Shown: in pieces, positions 52,125-64,000 of the stretch | Layout of the letters: every line of letters starts with the position of its first letter | Position numbering within the stretch: position 1 is the stretch's first letter | From: Octopus vulgaris | Lineage: Eukaryota | DNA length: 64,000 nt | Assembly: GCA_951406725.2 (NCBI GenBank) | Contig: OX597819.1 | Coordinates: 127,720,001-127,784,000 of the forward strand | Direction of reading: 5' to 3' | Notes under the pieces: generated by a model | Database searches by the model: none | Seen by the model: only the letters and a program-made list of their open reading frames with translations | What the model was told of the DNA's origin: nothing | Translations under genes and position numbers: made by a program

Positions 52125-52630
52125 GTCTAGAGATTTTACAAATTTTGACAGTTCTAGTGATGGTTTGTATCTGTAATCTTCTAATTAGGTCTCTACTTTC
52201 TGGTTTTGAGAAGCCCAATTTCTCAAGACTCGTGCTTAGGCAGTTTGTTACATATCCTTGTGCTCCAATAATTTCGAGTATAAATTTGAACATGTAATCC
52301 GGTTAAAGTAGCTGTAACGTTCTCAATATTTCAATGTAGGTATTTTCTTTGTCGCTGACTTTCAGCTTTACATTGGCATTCCACTGATGTACATAATTTC
52401 TGTTCTGTGCCCCATATCACTATGCTTGGCCTAGTATATCTACATTTTATTGAGGTTTTCAGTGGACCATTCCACCAGTACTCTTTCTTGTTATGAGTGG
52501 CTATGGCCTCTACCGTACTGTGGGTTCTTATCTCTTAGGATTATCCTTCCGACAGATCTCATTGTAAAGTGTACATCATATTTCATCAATAGATGATAAC
52601 GCGATGACATTTTTGGATACTACATTTTAC
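52125..52630 (-). mobile_element. RLE LINE (R4-like) C-terminal fragment
   Basis: PKMSSRY; HNKKEYWWN; IIGAQGYV...LEKLGFS...IRRLQ...TVKICK. Confidence 0.75.
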
Positions 52631-52825
52631 TACACTACCTGCTACACCTCCGTATTCCTGAGGTGTATCCAGCAATGTTTTCATATTTGTGTGAAGTTTG
52701 GGAGAGTACATAGTTCTGTTGGTGTCCTGTATCCGTTGTTTTGCTACTGGTTATTATTGTTGTTGTTATCATTATTATTATCATTATAATTGTTGCTGTT
52801 GCTGTTGTTATTGTTGCTGTTGTTG

Positions 52826-52889
<64 letters not shown>

Positions 52890-52898
52890 CGTTATTGC

Positions 52899-52947
<49 letters not shown>

Positions 52948-53443
52948 GAGTGAGAGAGCAGTGCATGCCATCAAAGTGACACTATGGTAAAATATACGAA
53001 GCCCTGTATACCCATCAGCACCACCCATCTGATAAGGGTACACCATGCACATGCATCACAACCGTATGTGCACGACATGGTGATCTCATATTAAGATATA
53101 CTGCGCATGTGCAGGTGGAGCCCAGTTAGATTTTTCTTCAAGTGGCCCATCCCGCTCAAAAAGTCCCTGAATAAGGTTTGTTTAAGGATGTTGAACGAAA
53201 CACCCATGTTTCCAGAGTTTAATTATTCAAACGCCTAAGAATTCTTTTCAAGACATGATGCTCCCCCAGTACTTCTGCTCATGATGAGAAATGCACATAT
53301 CGTCAGCCACTAAGGGACATGCTCAACTGTTTATTGTCAAACAACTGACAAGTAAATCTGTGGTATTGAGCAGAATATTTGCTGTAGCCCATCGTACATG
53401 ATAACACTTCCAGTCAGAAGTCATGAGAGCCACTGCCCGGTAC
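52948..53443. mobile_element. unclassified insertion between (ATT)n arrays
   Basis: GC-richer block of about 500 bp with sharp ATT boundaries; single copy in this window. Confidence 0.4.
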
Positions 53444-53967
53444 TATTATTATTATTATTATTATTGCACATAATATTAATATGTCAACTTGTTGTTTTTG
53501 TACGTACGTAACTGTGGTGTGTGTCAAACTTACTTCAAAGGAAGAAGTGAGTAGAAAGCGAGAGGAGGACAAAAAGGAAGTGAGAGAGAAAGAGGGAGAG
53601 AGAGCGAGAGAGAAAGAGGGAGAGAGAGCGAGAGAGAAAGAGAGAAAGAGAGTCAGTGAGAGAGAGAGAGAGACAGTGCGTGGTGACAGCGTTCATTTTG
53701 TGTTTTTAAATGTTTATCACATCGGAAGAAAAGTAGACACAAAGTCGAAAGAACTTGATACATAGATAAATACACACATTGTTAAATGAAAAGCGGGAGA
53801 GAGGAGGGACAGAGAGGAAGTGAGAGAGAAAAAGAGAGAGACAGTAGATACATAGATCGAAAGAAAAGTTGATACATAGACACATTGTTAAATCAAAGAC
53901 AAATATCTACAGCAAACATTGGATGTCACTTTCATTTTTCATTACCACACGGGGTTAAAAACTCGTA

Positions 53968-54213
53968 GGGGCTGAATACTCCACAGACATGCATACCATT
54001 AATGTAGTTCTCTGGGTGATTCAGCTTCAAACAGAATATGACAAGGCTGGCCCCTTTCAATTACAGCTACAATTCATTTTTGCCAGCTGAGTGGACTGGA
54101 GCAAAGTGATGTAGAGTACCTTACTGAAGAACACAGCGCACCGCCAGGAATCTCACTCATGACTTTACGATCGTGGGTCGAATACCACTAACCACTGAGA
54201 TTCGCACCTTCAC
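53968..54213 (-). mobile_element. SINE E, diverged
   Basis: aligns with 39080-39300. Confidence 0.8.
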
Positions 54214-54739
54214 TCTCTTAACCGTAGAGAAAAGGAGTGAAGCGATAGAGACAGAGAAAGGAAATCATCAGCCATTTACAATAACAATTAGACCGAAATA
54301 CAATCGATCTTTCCTAGCTTCTTTACTTTTAACAATGAAGATGAGGGAAAGACATTTAGTAATGAATAGAAGAAAATTGTTTCAGACGTTTTCGGTTTTA
54401 TTCTGGGAGTCCTAGAACGATCGAGTGCTAGTCCTCTCTTCTTTCCCCTAACCCCGGTACTTATTCGCCTTCTTTCATAGTTCTTCGGGTCTTTATGTCT
54501 TTTAATTGGTGGGAAGTCCATGTTTGTTTTTCAGGCACGTTTAACTTTTTCTCTACAAACTACAAACATCTCCCGGTTCCTTTCCTTTTTTTCCCCCTTT
54601 TTCATGCAAAAACTAATGCAAATTTCGAACGGGGTGTAGCTATGAAACGAGCCCAGAAAATGGGTAATACCCCCTACAAAACAGGTGGGGAAAAAAGTCA
54701 CCAACATGTGGCTACACGAAATTCAACTCTATACTTTAA

Positions 54740-54986
54740 AGAGTGTCCTGCTATAGCTTCGGGCCGACCACAGCCTCGTGAGTGAATTTGGTAGACGGAA
54801 ACTGAAAGAATCCTATCATATATATATATATACATACATATTTATATGTATATAGTTATGTCTGAGTTTGTGTCTGTGTTCGTCCCAAACTACCACCATT
54901 ACTTGAAAACCGATGTTGGTGTGTTTGCGTCTCCGTAACTTAGACGTTCGGCAGAAGAGACTGATAGAATAAGCACCAGGCTTACA
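54740..54986 (+). mobile_element. SINE B internal part
   Basis: ctatagcttcgggccgacc...gatagaataagcaccaggcttaca. Confidence 0.8.
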
Positions 54987-55217
54987 GGGTACCACTAAAC
55001 CAAAACGTTTCTTTGAATATGTACGATGTATTTTAAGGCTAAACTAATTCTGTTAACGTTTGCGTAACTGAGACATTTTGGTGGGATTATATAGTTATCG
55101 GTTTTACATTTCTTTCTATATTCTGTAAGTGTCACAACATAGAAACATTTCTCATGGCACCGGCACACAATTTATAGATACTTACATACCAGCTAGTTAT
55201 TCTTGTTCTTATCATCA

Positions 55218-55330
<113 letters not shown>

Positions 55331-55340
55331 ATTATTATCA

Positions 55341-55419
<79 letters not shown>

Positions 55420-55421
55420 CA

Positions 55422-55457
<36 letters not shown>

Positions 55458-55458
<1 letters not shown>

Positions 55459-55582
55459 CATCCTTTCGGGGTCGATAAATTAAGTACCAGTTATCACTGG
55501 GGTCGATGTAATCGACTTAATCCCTTTGTCTGTCCTTGTTTGTCCCCTCTCTGTTTAGCCCCTTGTGGGCAATAAGGAAATA
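55458..55582 (+). mobile_element. 5'-truncated SINE A within (ATT)n
   Basis: tcatcctttcggggtcgataaatt...gggcaataaggaaata. Confidence 0.9.
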
Positions 55583-55583
55583 A

Positions 55584-55640
<57 letters not shown>

Positions 55641-56516
55641 GTTGTTGTTGTTGTTGTTGTTGTTGCTATTGTTGTTAAGACTTTTAAAACGCCGTTCCGA
55701 GAATTCTGAGTGATTATCAAGTGTGGTAGAAGGAACTGATTTTCATTTTGATTATTATTTTAAACAGTGATTATTAATTAAACATTTTAGAATGCTTATT
55801 CGAAACAGGAGTCGCACAAGAAGGTAAGTTGTTTTTTCAAATATATCCCTTTTAATTTACTCTCTGAATGTAAATAAAAATTGGTTTTCAAAATTCGCTC
55901 TTCAAAGAAATTTCATTGAGCAAAGCAAAATGGCTGCTAAACAAACAAAAAGCACAAGAAGGTCAGAGGATTTAAGTCCACCTTACACCAAAACCTGCCA
56001 AGAAGTCAATATGGGCGGGGTAATATACGAGAATAGGAAGCTTAACTGCTACACATGTAGGAAAACGCACTAAAGCATTTTTGTCACACGGGAAAGAAAA
56101 GTTATTTAGACGACGCTATTCGTCGTTCTTAACACCATAGCAACACCCACAACAAAATATACGGCAGCCAGTTCAACAGCAACAGCAGAATTTATAACAA
56201 TTACTCATGAAGGAGCCCACAATAAAATGCACAAATGTAAATACGTACAAGAATACATAAATATAGATTTTTCAACTTTCAGTTCCTCACAAGAAGTTAA
56301 TGAAGGTGACGGTGAAAATTCAGAGCAATGATATAAAATAGAATGGTTTATATATTTGAAGAAACGTTGGACAGAAGAGTCTAGCGCTTCTATGCTCAAG
56401 GCCAAAAGATTTGATTGCTCGATATCTCACAAAAAATAGATAAGTGGGGTGTATGAAACAAACGGATCGGCTATCCAGCTAATAACAACTGCATTATCAT
56501 CAGCGGCGATAATAGT

Positions 56517-56903
56517 GGTGACGCAATGGCCCAGTGGTCAGAGCAGCGGACTCACGGTCGGAGGATCGCAGTTTCGATTCCCAGACCGGGCATTATGTGT
56601 GTTTATTGAGCGAAAACACCTAAAGCTCCACGAGGCCCCGGCAGGGGGTGGTGGCGACCCCTGTTGTACTCTTTCGCTCCAACTTTCTCTCACTCTTTCT
56701 TCCTGTTTCTTGTCCCCGATTTCCTACGCAACCGCTGAGCCTGGATGCGCATTCATCCATCCATCGATGCTCTCGGTGTCGGGGATTGACCTGCCTTCTC
56801 TTCTGCGGGTCTTACGAATAGCAAAGGACCACGTTTCGGAATTCTCCCATCTTGCGAGCTCTGAGACGAAGACCGTTCGTTCAACAGCAACAGCAACTGC
56901 AGC
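56517..56903 (+). mobile_element. SINE C with tail type 1
   Basis: aligns with 11113; degenerate TSD tcagcggcgataatagt / tcagcagcgacaatact. Confidence 0.9.
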
Positions 56904-58548
56904 TCAGCAGCGACAATACTAACAACAGTAGCCAATTGAGCAACACGAGCTAGTTTCAGGCCATCAACAATAACAAAAATGGAACAATCAGCTACACCAG
57001 CCATCGCAACAAAAGCAGAAGATATACAAACGAACAGAAGCGACTAAAACCCTCCGCAATGTCTGTGTTGCTTTGTGGGAAAATAGTTAGGGAAGGGAGT
57101 CAGTCTAGAAATTCGTACACATAACAGATATGGGCAGGAATAAATGAATTCCGCTGAAAAGGAAAAAGCGATAGACTTTTGATATAGATAAACCAAGTAT
57201 CTTATTTCGAAATCTTGAGAAGGTTCTCTAATAGAGAAGGTGGAGGTTACAAAGAAACCCCAAGCGAAAATACATGTGAGGAACAACGGGCGTTTCCATG
57301 AAAAGCAGTCAATATAACCACGAAATCGACAAGGAAGTCTCTTGATCTGCTAGAATTAATCACCAAATTTCATTCAAATAACACCTGATTGTCTTTTTAA
57401 AAAAATGCATATGTTCGATGACTTATTCCCTGGTCCTCAACACATAGGAAAAAGAAGTGATAGTCGTTGCTGGAATATTTTTGACCATAGGTCTTTCCGC
57501 CCAGCTCTAATATGGCGAAAATGACAACAATAACAAACTCAGCAACAATAAGTACTACATAGTAGCTGGCTTCTCCCACACTTTTGCAAACCTAAACGCT
57601 GCAATTAAAAGTGGGATATATAAATGTACATAATTTGTTGTCAGTAGTGAAGCAGTGATATTTACCGTTTGTGCTCCGGCAGAAGCAGGAAGTCAGCATT
57701 TCTTCAGACATCTACAGGATTTCACCAGATAATCTGGCTCGTTAGAGTTAGTGATCGATTGGAAATAGCATCTGAGACGTAGGCAAAAATTATGTGGGAG
57801 TAACTGGTAGGAGAGAGTAGCGTATAAATCTCAGAAACCTGCTCAAGCAGTTAAAATTTTTCTAAGATGCATGACTTGGATTTTCGAAATGCGAAAATAT
57901 GAACATGGACAAACCACAAAGAGTCATCCATGTCGTGCTTAGAATATTCATCTAGTCATTCGTGAGGGGTAGTGTATATTGGTCAAAGTTTCGAACATTT
58001 GGCCACACAGAACGCAAATGAGGGATAAAAAAACACACCACAGGAGGCTACATTCATCTTTTAAGACAAAGAAAAGTTTTCAAGGAGCAGATTAACGATT
58101 TAATTACTTGAAAATTGATGAATACATTTATTATTAAGAAGTGGTGTATCTCCCTAAAACGGAAACCTGGAGTTCTGGTGCCAGAAGTATAGCCTTTTCA
58201 TTTGACGTCTTTTCTGTTATCAAATTTCTAGCTTACGTTTCTTACCACACATCCCGTTTATTGTGTATGTACAGCTTCGTGTTATCTACAGTATGGTTAG
58301 GGCCGTGTATTCTAATACGGATATCATCCTCCTCATCACTATCACCATCCTTCGCTTTGTCCGTCCACCTCCTCATCCTCCATATCAACATCATCATTAT
58401 CATCATCATCATCGCTGTTATTTTATTAGTATTTATTTTTCTTTTACGATCTTTGCTGTAGCTTTTGCTGTCTGATATTTTCTATAAACACAATACCCAC
58501 GCGCGTAGAAACACATACACGCATAGAGACTCACATGCACACACTCAT

Positions 58549-58586
<38 letters not shown>

Positions 58587-59061
58587 TATCGTTAGTGCTT
58601 ATAAAAATCTAGTATATTAATATTGTTTTCTCCTCATTTTTGTCTTTGTATATCCATGTGTCGTTTATATTTGCTTTAGAAATCATTCCGTTTCTTTTAT
58701 TTTATCATGGAAGCTATGGACACTCTTGTCTGGTATATCACGACTATCGCATTTCTATATTATTTACAATAAAAAAGAACGAGAAAATTCAACAAAGCAA
58801 AACAAAGAAAAAACAGCTAAGCACTTCTGTTAAAATACACTGTTTTTTTATAAACAGCTTGCATCTATTTGACCACCGCTTTTATTGCTTTTTTTGCGTA
58901 CGTTTAATAAACCGATGGTCAAATCATTCATGGACTTATATGATGTGGAGACAACTTCAATAAACAGCTTATGTTATAAACTGTTTCTGATTGAAACAAT
59001 AATAGATGAGAGTAATAACTGAAAAGCAAATACGGCAGCAAAATAAGATGCATATTTACAT

Positions 59062-59572
59062 ATGCGCAGGAGTGGCTGTGTGGTAAGTAGCTTGCTAACC
59101 AACCACATGGTTCCGGGTTCAGTCCCACTGCGTGGCATCTTGAGCAAGTGTCTTCTGCTATAGCCCCGGGCCGACCAATGCCTTGTGAGTGGATTTGGTA
59201 GACGGAAACTGAAAGAAGCCTGTCGTATATATGTATATATATAGATATATATATATATGGGTGTGTGTGATTGTGTATAGAAGAATATATTTTGGTTGGT
59301 TGAGCTGATTGGTTTAGGCATCACGCTTTGTTGGACAGGTCAAGAGTCCTGTATCTTGACCCTATATAAGTGTGTGTGTATATGTTTGTGTGTCTGTGAC
59401 AACCGATGCTGGTGTGATTATGTCCCCGTAACTTAGCGGTTCGGCAAAAGAGACCGATAGAATAAGTACTGGGCTTACAAAGAATAAGTCCCGGGGTCGA
59501 TTTGCTCGACTAAAGGCGGTGCTCCAGCATGGCCGCAGTCAAATGACTGAAACAAGTAAAAGAGTAAAAGAG
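59062..59572 (+). mobile_element. SINE B with a ~110-bp insert in its internal microsatellite
   Basis: halves 59062-59226 and 59375-59572. Confidence 0.9.
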
Positions 59573-59739
59573 TATGTGCGTGTGTATAGGAGTATGTATA
59601 TAAATACATGTGTGTGTAAATATGTGTGTGTATATGTATATCTGCATGTATATGTATATACATATGGATATGAGTGTGTGTGTATGTGTGTGTGTGTGTG
59701 TGTGTATGTGTGTGTGTGTGCGTGCGTGTGTTTGTGCAT

Positions 59740-60006
59740 TTGTTTTTTTGGGTTTTTTTATATTCGTGTAACATCGTCCGTTTTTCTGTCCTTGTTGCGT
59801 ATACATTCGATCCTTTTTCCAAGAAGTCTAATGCTCGTAACTTAGTGTTTCCTTGGGGCTGGCCAGATTGGAGCAATCTCAAGATTAATCAACCGAAATT
59901 GCGAGGATGATCCGGTACTTGACTGAAGATTAGAGGCTTCGAATGACCCGTCCGTTTTTTTGTATCGTCTATTTGAATGTTTTGTTTTCTTGTCCCATTT
60001 TGTATT
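59740..60006 (+). mobile_element. unclassified repeat, second copy of 20420
   Basis: alignment by eye. Confidence 0.75.
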
Positions 60007-60019
60007 GATATATATATAT

Positions 60020-60200
60020 GGTGGAGGTGTGTGGGTTAGCAGTTCAGATGTTGGACTGATGACCTTAACGTTGTAGTTTCAATTCCTGGACCTGCCGACG
60101 AGTTGTGTTCTTGAGCAAAACACTTCATGTAATATGCTCTAGTTTATTCGGACGGCAAAATGGCTAAACCTGCAAGGAACCGGTGTCCTGTCTGATGAGA
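60020..60200 (+). mobile_element. SINE E-type head with a different 3' region
   Basis: gttgtgttcttgagcaaaacacttcat CORE-like segment after a degenerate tRNA-like head. Confidence 0.6.
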
Positions 60201-60212
60201 ATGAGCCACATA

Positions 60213-60527
60213 TATAATAATAATCATAATAATAATAATAATAATAATGAAATTATTGTATACAGTGCTCAGGTGCACCACAACTTGTCAAAAGTGCGTA
60301 TAAAGTATATGCAGTAATGTAGAAATGTCTGGAAAGCGAACAGTGTATGAGTCAGATACATGCTTGCGTGTGTATGGAGGGGAGAAAATCAGGTGTAGTG
60401 TTGGCGAATCTCAGGAAGCATGGGAGTTTTGAAGGATGCAGTGCTCCGACAACTAACAACTGATGCCGGCAGGTTGTTCCATGCTTCAGCAACTCTTAGC
60501 TTGAAAAAATGTTTCCGAAAGTCATGG
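60213..60527 (-). mobile_element. CR1 LINE 3' end
   Basis: near identical to 2661-2966. Confidence 0.92.
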
Positions 60528-60675
60528 GGTTTCTTTCAGTTTCCGTCTACCAAATCCACTCATAAGGCTTTGGTTGGCCTGATATTACAGCAGAAGACAC
60601 TTGCCTAAGGTGCCATGCAGTGACACCAAATCTGGAACCATGTGGTTGATAAGCAAGCTATTTACCACACAGCCT
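60528..60675 (-). mobile_element. SINE B 5' half
   Basis: ttctttcagtttccgtctacc...ttaccacacagcc. Confidence 0.85.
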
Positions 60676-60714
60676 GTATGTTATAATATTTATATATAAA
60701 TATATATGTAGTGA

Positions 60715-60759
<45 letters not shown>

Positions 60760-60762
<3 letters not shown>

Positions 60763-60996
60763 CAAAATAAGCAAGGATATCCAAGGTAATGTAGTACAAT
60801 TGTTTCATGCTACTTCATTTAATTAAACAGTGTAAGTATTACATCAGTTTTAAAATGTCGAGCAATCTTCAGTCACATATAGAAGATTGCTTGACATTTT
60901 AAAACTGATGCAATATTTACAGTGTTTAATAAAATGAAGTAGCATGAAACAATTGTACTACACTACCTTGGATATCTTTGTTGCTTATTTTGATTA
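60760..60996. repeat. inverted repeat (arms 60760-60870 and 60882-60996, 11-nt spacer) with a hammerhead on minus at 60789-60878
   Basis: minus: atgtga CTGAAGA ttgct...agcat GAAAC AATT GTA ctacat. Confidence 0.85.
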
Positions 60997-61095
60997 TAAT
61001 CATCCCATTTGATTTATATGGATAATGCCATACAAAATTCTGGTGCCTTTGACTTAAGTACTATATTCATCTGAATCTAAATCTTGCTGAACTTA

Positions 61096-61159
<64 letters not shown>

Positions 61160-61205
61160 TTGTAAAAAAGAAGTTTGAAAACGCCACTATATTAGATAAA
61201 TTTTA

Positions 61206-61250
61206 ATTTTACATGTTTCGGTTCTTGAAGTAACGAACCTTATCAAAAAA
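61206..61250 (-). ncRNA. minimal type I hammerhead with U3-A8 core
   Basis: minus: ttt TTGATAA ggttc gttacttcaa gaacc GAAAC AT GTA aaa; partial second copy at 61335-61364. Confidence 0.65.
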
Positions 61251-61612
61251 ATTTATAATAAACAGTATAATGGAACAGTTCATAATTGTTACATACATTC
61301 AATGGAATCCATGCTATATACATTCAATAGAATCCATGTTCTTGAAAAAGGCGAACCTTATCAAATATATTATAAAGAGTATAATAGGAAAAATCCATAG
61401 TCGTTCCTTACTGTTTTGTCGAGTGTAGTGGAGAAGTTCATTATAGATTTTACCTTGTGTTCCAATGGAAGCAACAGTAGTGATTCTTGGTCGTCGTCTG
61501 TTGGTCGTAATTTTGGTAATCTTGGTGGTGCATGTATATATTGTATATATTTGTGTGTATTTGAGTGTGTGTGTATTTACACACACACACACATATAACT
61601 TGTATTATCTGT

Positions 61613-62067
61613 ATCGACCACACTATCAGATGTTATGCATCACCTGTCACAATGCGTAATCAATTCTTTCTTGATTACGTCATTGTTTTCCAACTTGGCC
61701 CAAATTGCTTTCTTAAATGATCCTCCCATCGTCGTCGAGGCCTTCAGAGAGGTCTTTTCCGATCTTTTGTATATCACTCGGCAATTGCACGGGTCCAACT
61801 CTTGTCTGTGAACCTTGCGATTGTTCTTTCGGTATTTTGCGACCACGTCGTTTATCTCGCTTCATTCTGGAATCCCCTTATTTCGGATATACTCTCGCGA
61901 TGATGTTCCTAACTAGGATATTTTCATGACCCTTTGTGTCATTGACAATCAATGTTCTCTCCTTTTCGTAGGAGCTTATGTTACACTTGCGTTTAACAAC
62001 GTAGAGTGGACAGTGCTATTCAAGTGATTGGCATGTAGGACATTGTCCTGCTTTGCTTTGAACACGT
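61613..62067 (-). mobile_element. RTE LINE 3' portion
   Basis: DVFKAK...ANHLNSTV...TQRVM...YIRN...WTRAIAE...RPRRRWED. Confidence 0.88.
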
Positions 62068-62710
62068 ATTTTCCAATAGAAAAAGGGCGGCATACAAGGA
62101 GATACCTATTTCTTTATTACCCACAAGGGGCTAAACATAGAGGGGACAAACAAGGACAGACAAACGGATTAAGTCGATTACATCGACCTCAGTGCGTAAC
62201 TGGTACTTAATTTATCGACCCCGAAAGGATGAAAGGTGAAGTCAACCTCGGCGGAATTTGAACTCAGAACCTAACGGCAGACGAAATCCGCTAAGCATTT
62301 CGCCCGACGTGCTAACGATTCTGCCAGCGCAGGAGATACCATCTCACCAAAGCATGTCTAGAAATAGTCGTCAGAGACAATAATTTGAGATATGACGTGA
62401 ACATCAACGGTGAGCCACTAACATACCTTCGGTTTGCAGATGTTATGGTACATGTCACCAAAACTACAGATCAGCTACAGGGCATGTTGACAGAGCTGGA
62501 GAAGCATATCACAGCAATAGGCCTAAAATGTAGCGCATGAAGACATAATACATACGGGGTCTGTAGAAGTAGCTCGAGGGAGGAACAAAGGTGGAAGCAA
62601 TGAAAACAGGGAGTTAATGGAGTCCGTAAACTTGGGCTACGCAGTGAATATGCACCGAGATGTGGACGCTGAAATGTCGAGGAGGGTACGATGGAAGGTT
62701 TTCATAGGTG
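62068..62710 (+). mobile_element. RTE LINE RT core (inverted segment) interrupted by SINE A
   Basis: FPIEKG..QGDTISPK...VNINGEPLTYLRFADV...LQGMLTEL...IGLK...EMSRRVRWKVF. Confidence 0.88.
62107..62330 (-). mobile_element. SINE A with 10-bp TSD inside the RT
   Basis: aggagatacc at 62097-62106 and 62331-62340. Confidence 0.9.
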
Positions 62711-63095
62711 TACTGAAATGATATGAAATAAAATATTGGGCATATTTAGAACATGTTTTATGAAGAGCAATGGCGTCTACAATTCTCCATAAAGAGAGCA
62801 ATGAGTGTGAAATAGATAGAAATAGCGTACAAATTACATTAATTACATACTATGTTATTATTCTACCTTTTTGTATTTCTGTATATCCATTGATGTTTCT
62901 AAAAACAGAATTGTAAACTTACATGTATGTGCATATGGTAGAGGCACATGCTTGTATGGTTATGTGTGTAAACGCGTAAAAAAATCAATAATATTTATGT
63001 TAAGATAGCATGCATTTATACCACGTTTGAATTCCTCTGCCTATTTTTTGTTTATCTTTCTCTCCCCCTCATTCCAACCCCTCTCTCTCTCTTTC

Positions 63096-63140
<45 letters not shown>

Positions 63141-63229
63141 AACTCTTACATTTAGTTTTAATGTGTATATACGCTTGTGTTTTCAGTTAATGTTTGTATA
63201 TGTATGCATGTTATTTTCTCTCCTAATAT

Positions 63230-63264
63230 ATATATATAAATAAATATATATATGCATGTATGAA

Positions 63265-63300
<36 letters not shown>

Positions 63301-63690
63301 TGTATGAATGCATGTATGTATATATGTGTGTATGTATGGAAGAATGTATGTATGTATGTATGTATGTATGTATGCATGCATGCATGTATGTATATATGTG
63401 TGTATATATGGAAGAATGCATGTATGTATGTATGTATGTATGTATGTATTATGTATGTATGTATGCATGCATGTATGTATATATGTGTGTATGTATGGAA
63501 GAATGTATGTATGTATGTAAGCATGTATGTATATATGTGTGTATGTATGTGTGTATGTATGTATGCATGTATGTATATATGTATGCATGTATGTATGCAT
63601 ATATGCATGTATGTATACATGTATGTATGTATGTATGTATGTATGAATGCATGTATATATATATATGTGTATGTATCTACGTATATATAT
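63230..63690. repeat. (TATG)n-derived array with a higher-order unit
   Basis: gcatgtatgtatatatgtgtgtat(g/a)tatggaagaatg occurs three times. Confidence 0.9.
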
Positions 63691-64000
63691 TCTCCAATGC
63701 GTACATTTTGCTGTGTGTATGGCGGAAAGTTTAATCTTAACGATTTTTAAAAGACCATTTATATTATTCTTTATATATTTCTTTCTTTATTTTATATATT
63801 TTTAATATGAAAACACAATTACTCTCATTATAGTTTACATTATAATTACACATAATCTAACGATTTAAATTGTATTTTTTTTTTCTTTTAATCTCAATGT
63901 TCTGTTTTTAACAATTCCAGGGCCACACTCAAATTTGACCTCAGTTTACATTCTTTTTTGTTTTTAACTTCATTTGTTTGTTGTTGATGCTATTGTTGCT

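Noticed and set aside
53723-53897. Duplicated gatacatag...cacattgttaaat segment
   Set aside because: Ordinary old tandem duplication in a GA-rich tract
59925-59952. CUGAAGA...cttcGAAU motif (also at ~20583) as a hammerhead
   Set aside because: GAAU instead of GAAA in both copies and no stem I pairing

Overview
AT-rich, microsatellite-dense eukaryotic DNA, intronic or intergenic. The repeat families resemble those I recall from Octopus; this is an inference and was not verified. No host protein-coding gene can be supported, and nearly all track ORFs are translated simple repeats. The window is a mosaic of tRNA-headed SINE families (here called A, B, C, E), LINE fragments (CR1, RTE, RTE-X-like, R4/Dong-like RLE, L1/Tx1-like), Tc1/mariner relics and MITEs, two non-autonomous Helitrons, and Penelope-like element (PLE) remnants including a GIY-YIG endonuclease frame. 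The strongest unannotated signal is about a dozen minimal type I hammerhead-ribozyme motifs from several unrelated PLE-type terminal repeats. Two families carry a compensatory U3-A8 core pair, one family carries a repeated A6U change, and four motifs sit inside fold-back structures. Also notable: a SINE head that swaps 3' tails, one matching an RTE LINE end in the window; an RTE copy with a twin-priming-type 5' inversion; and a Helitron carrying LINE ORF1-like cargo. Coordinates were read by eye, so repeat boundaries may be off by several bases.
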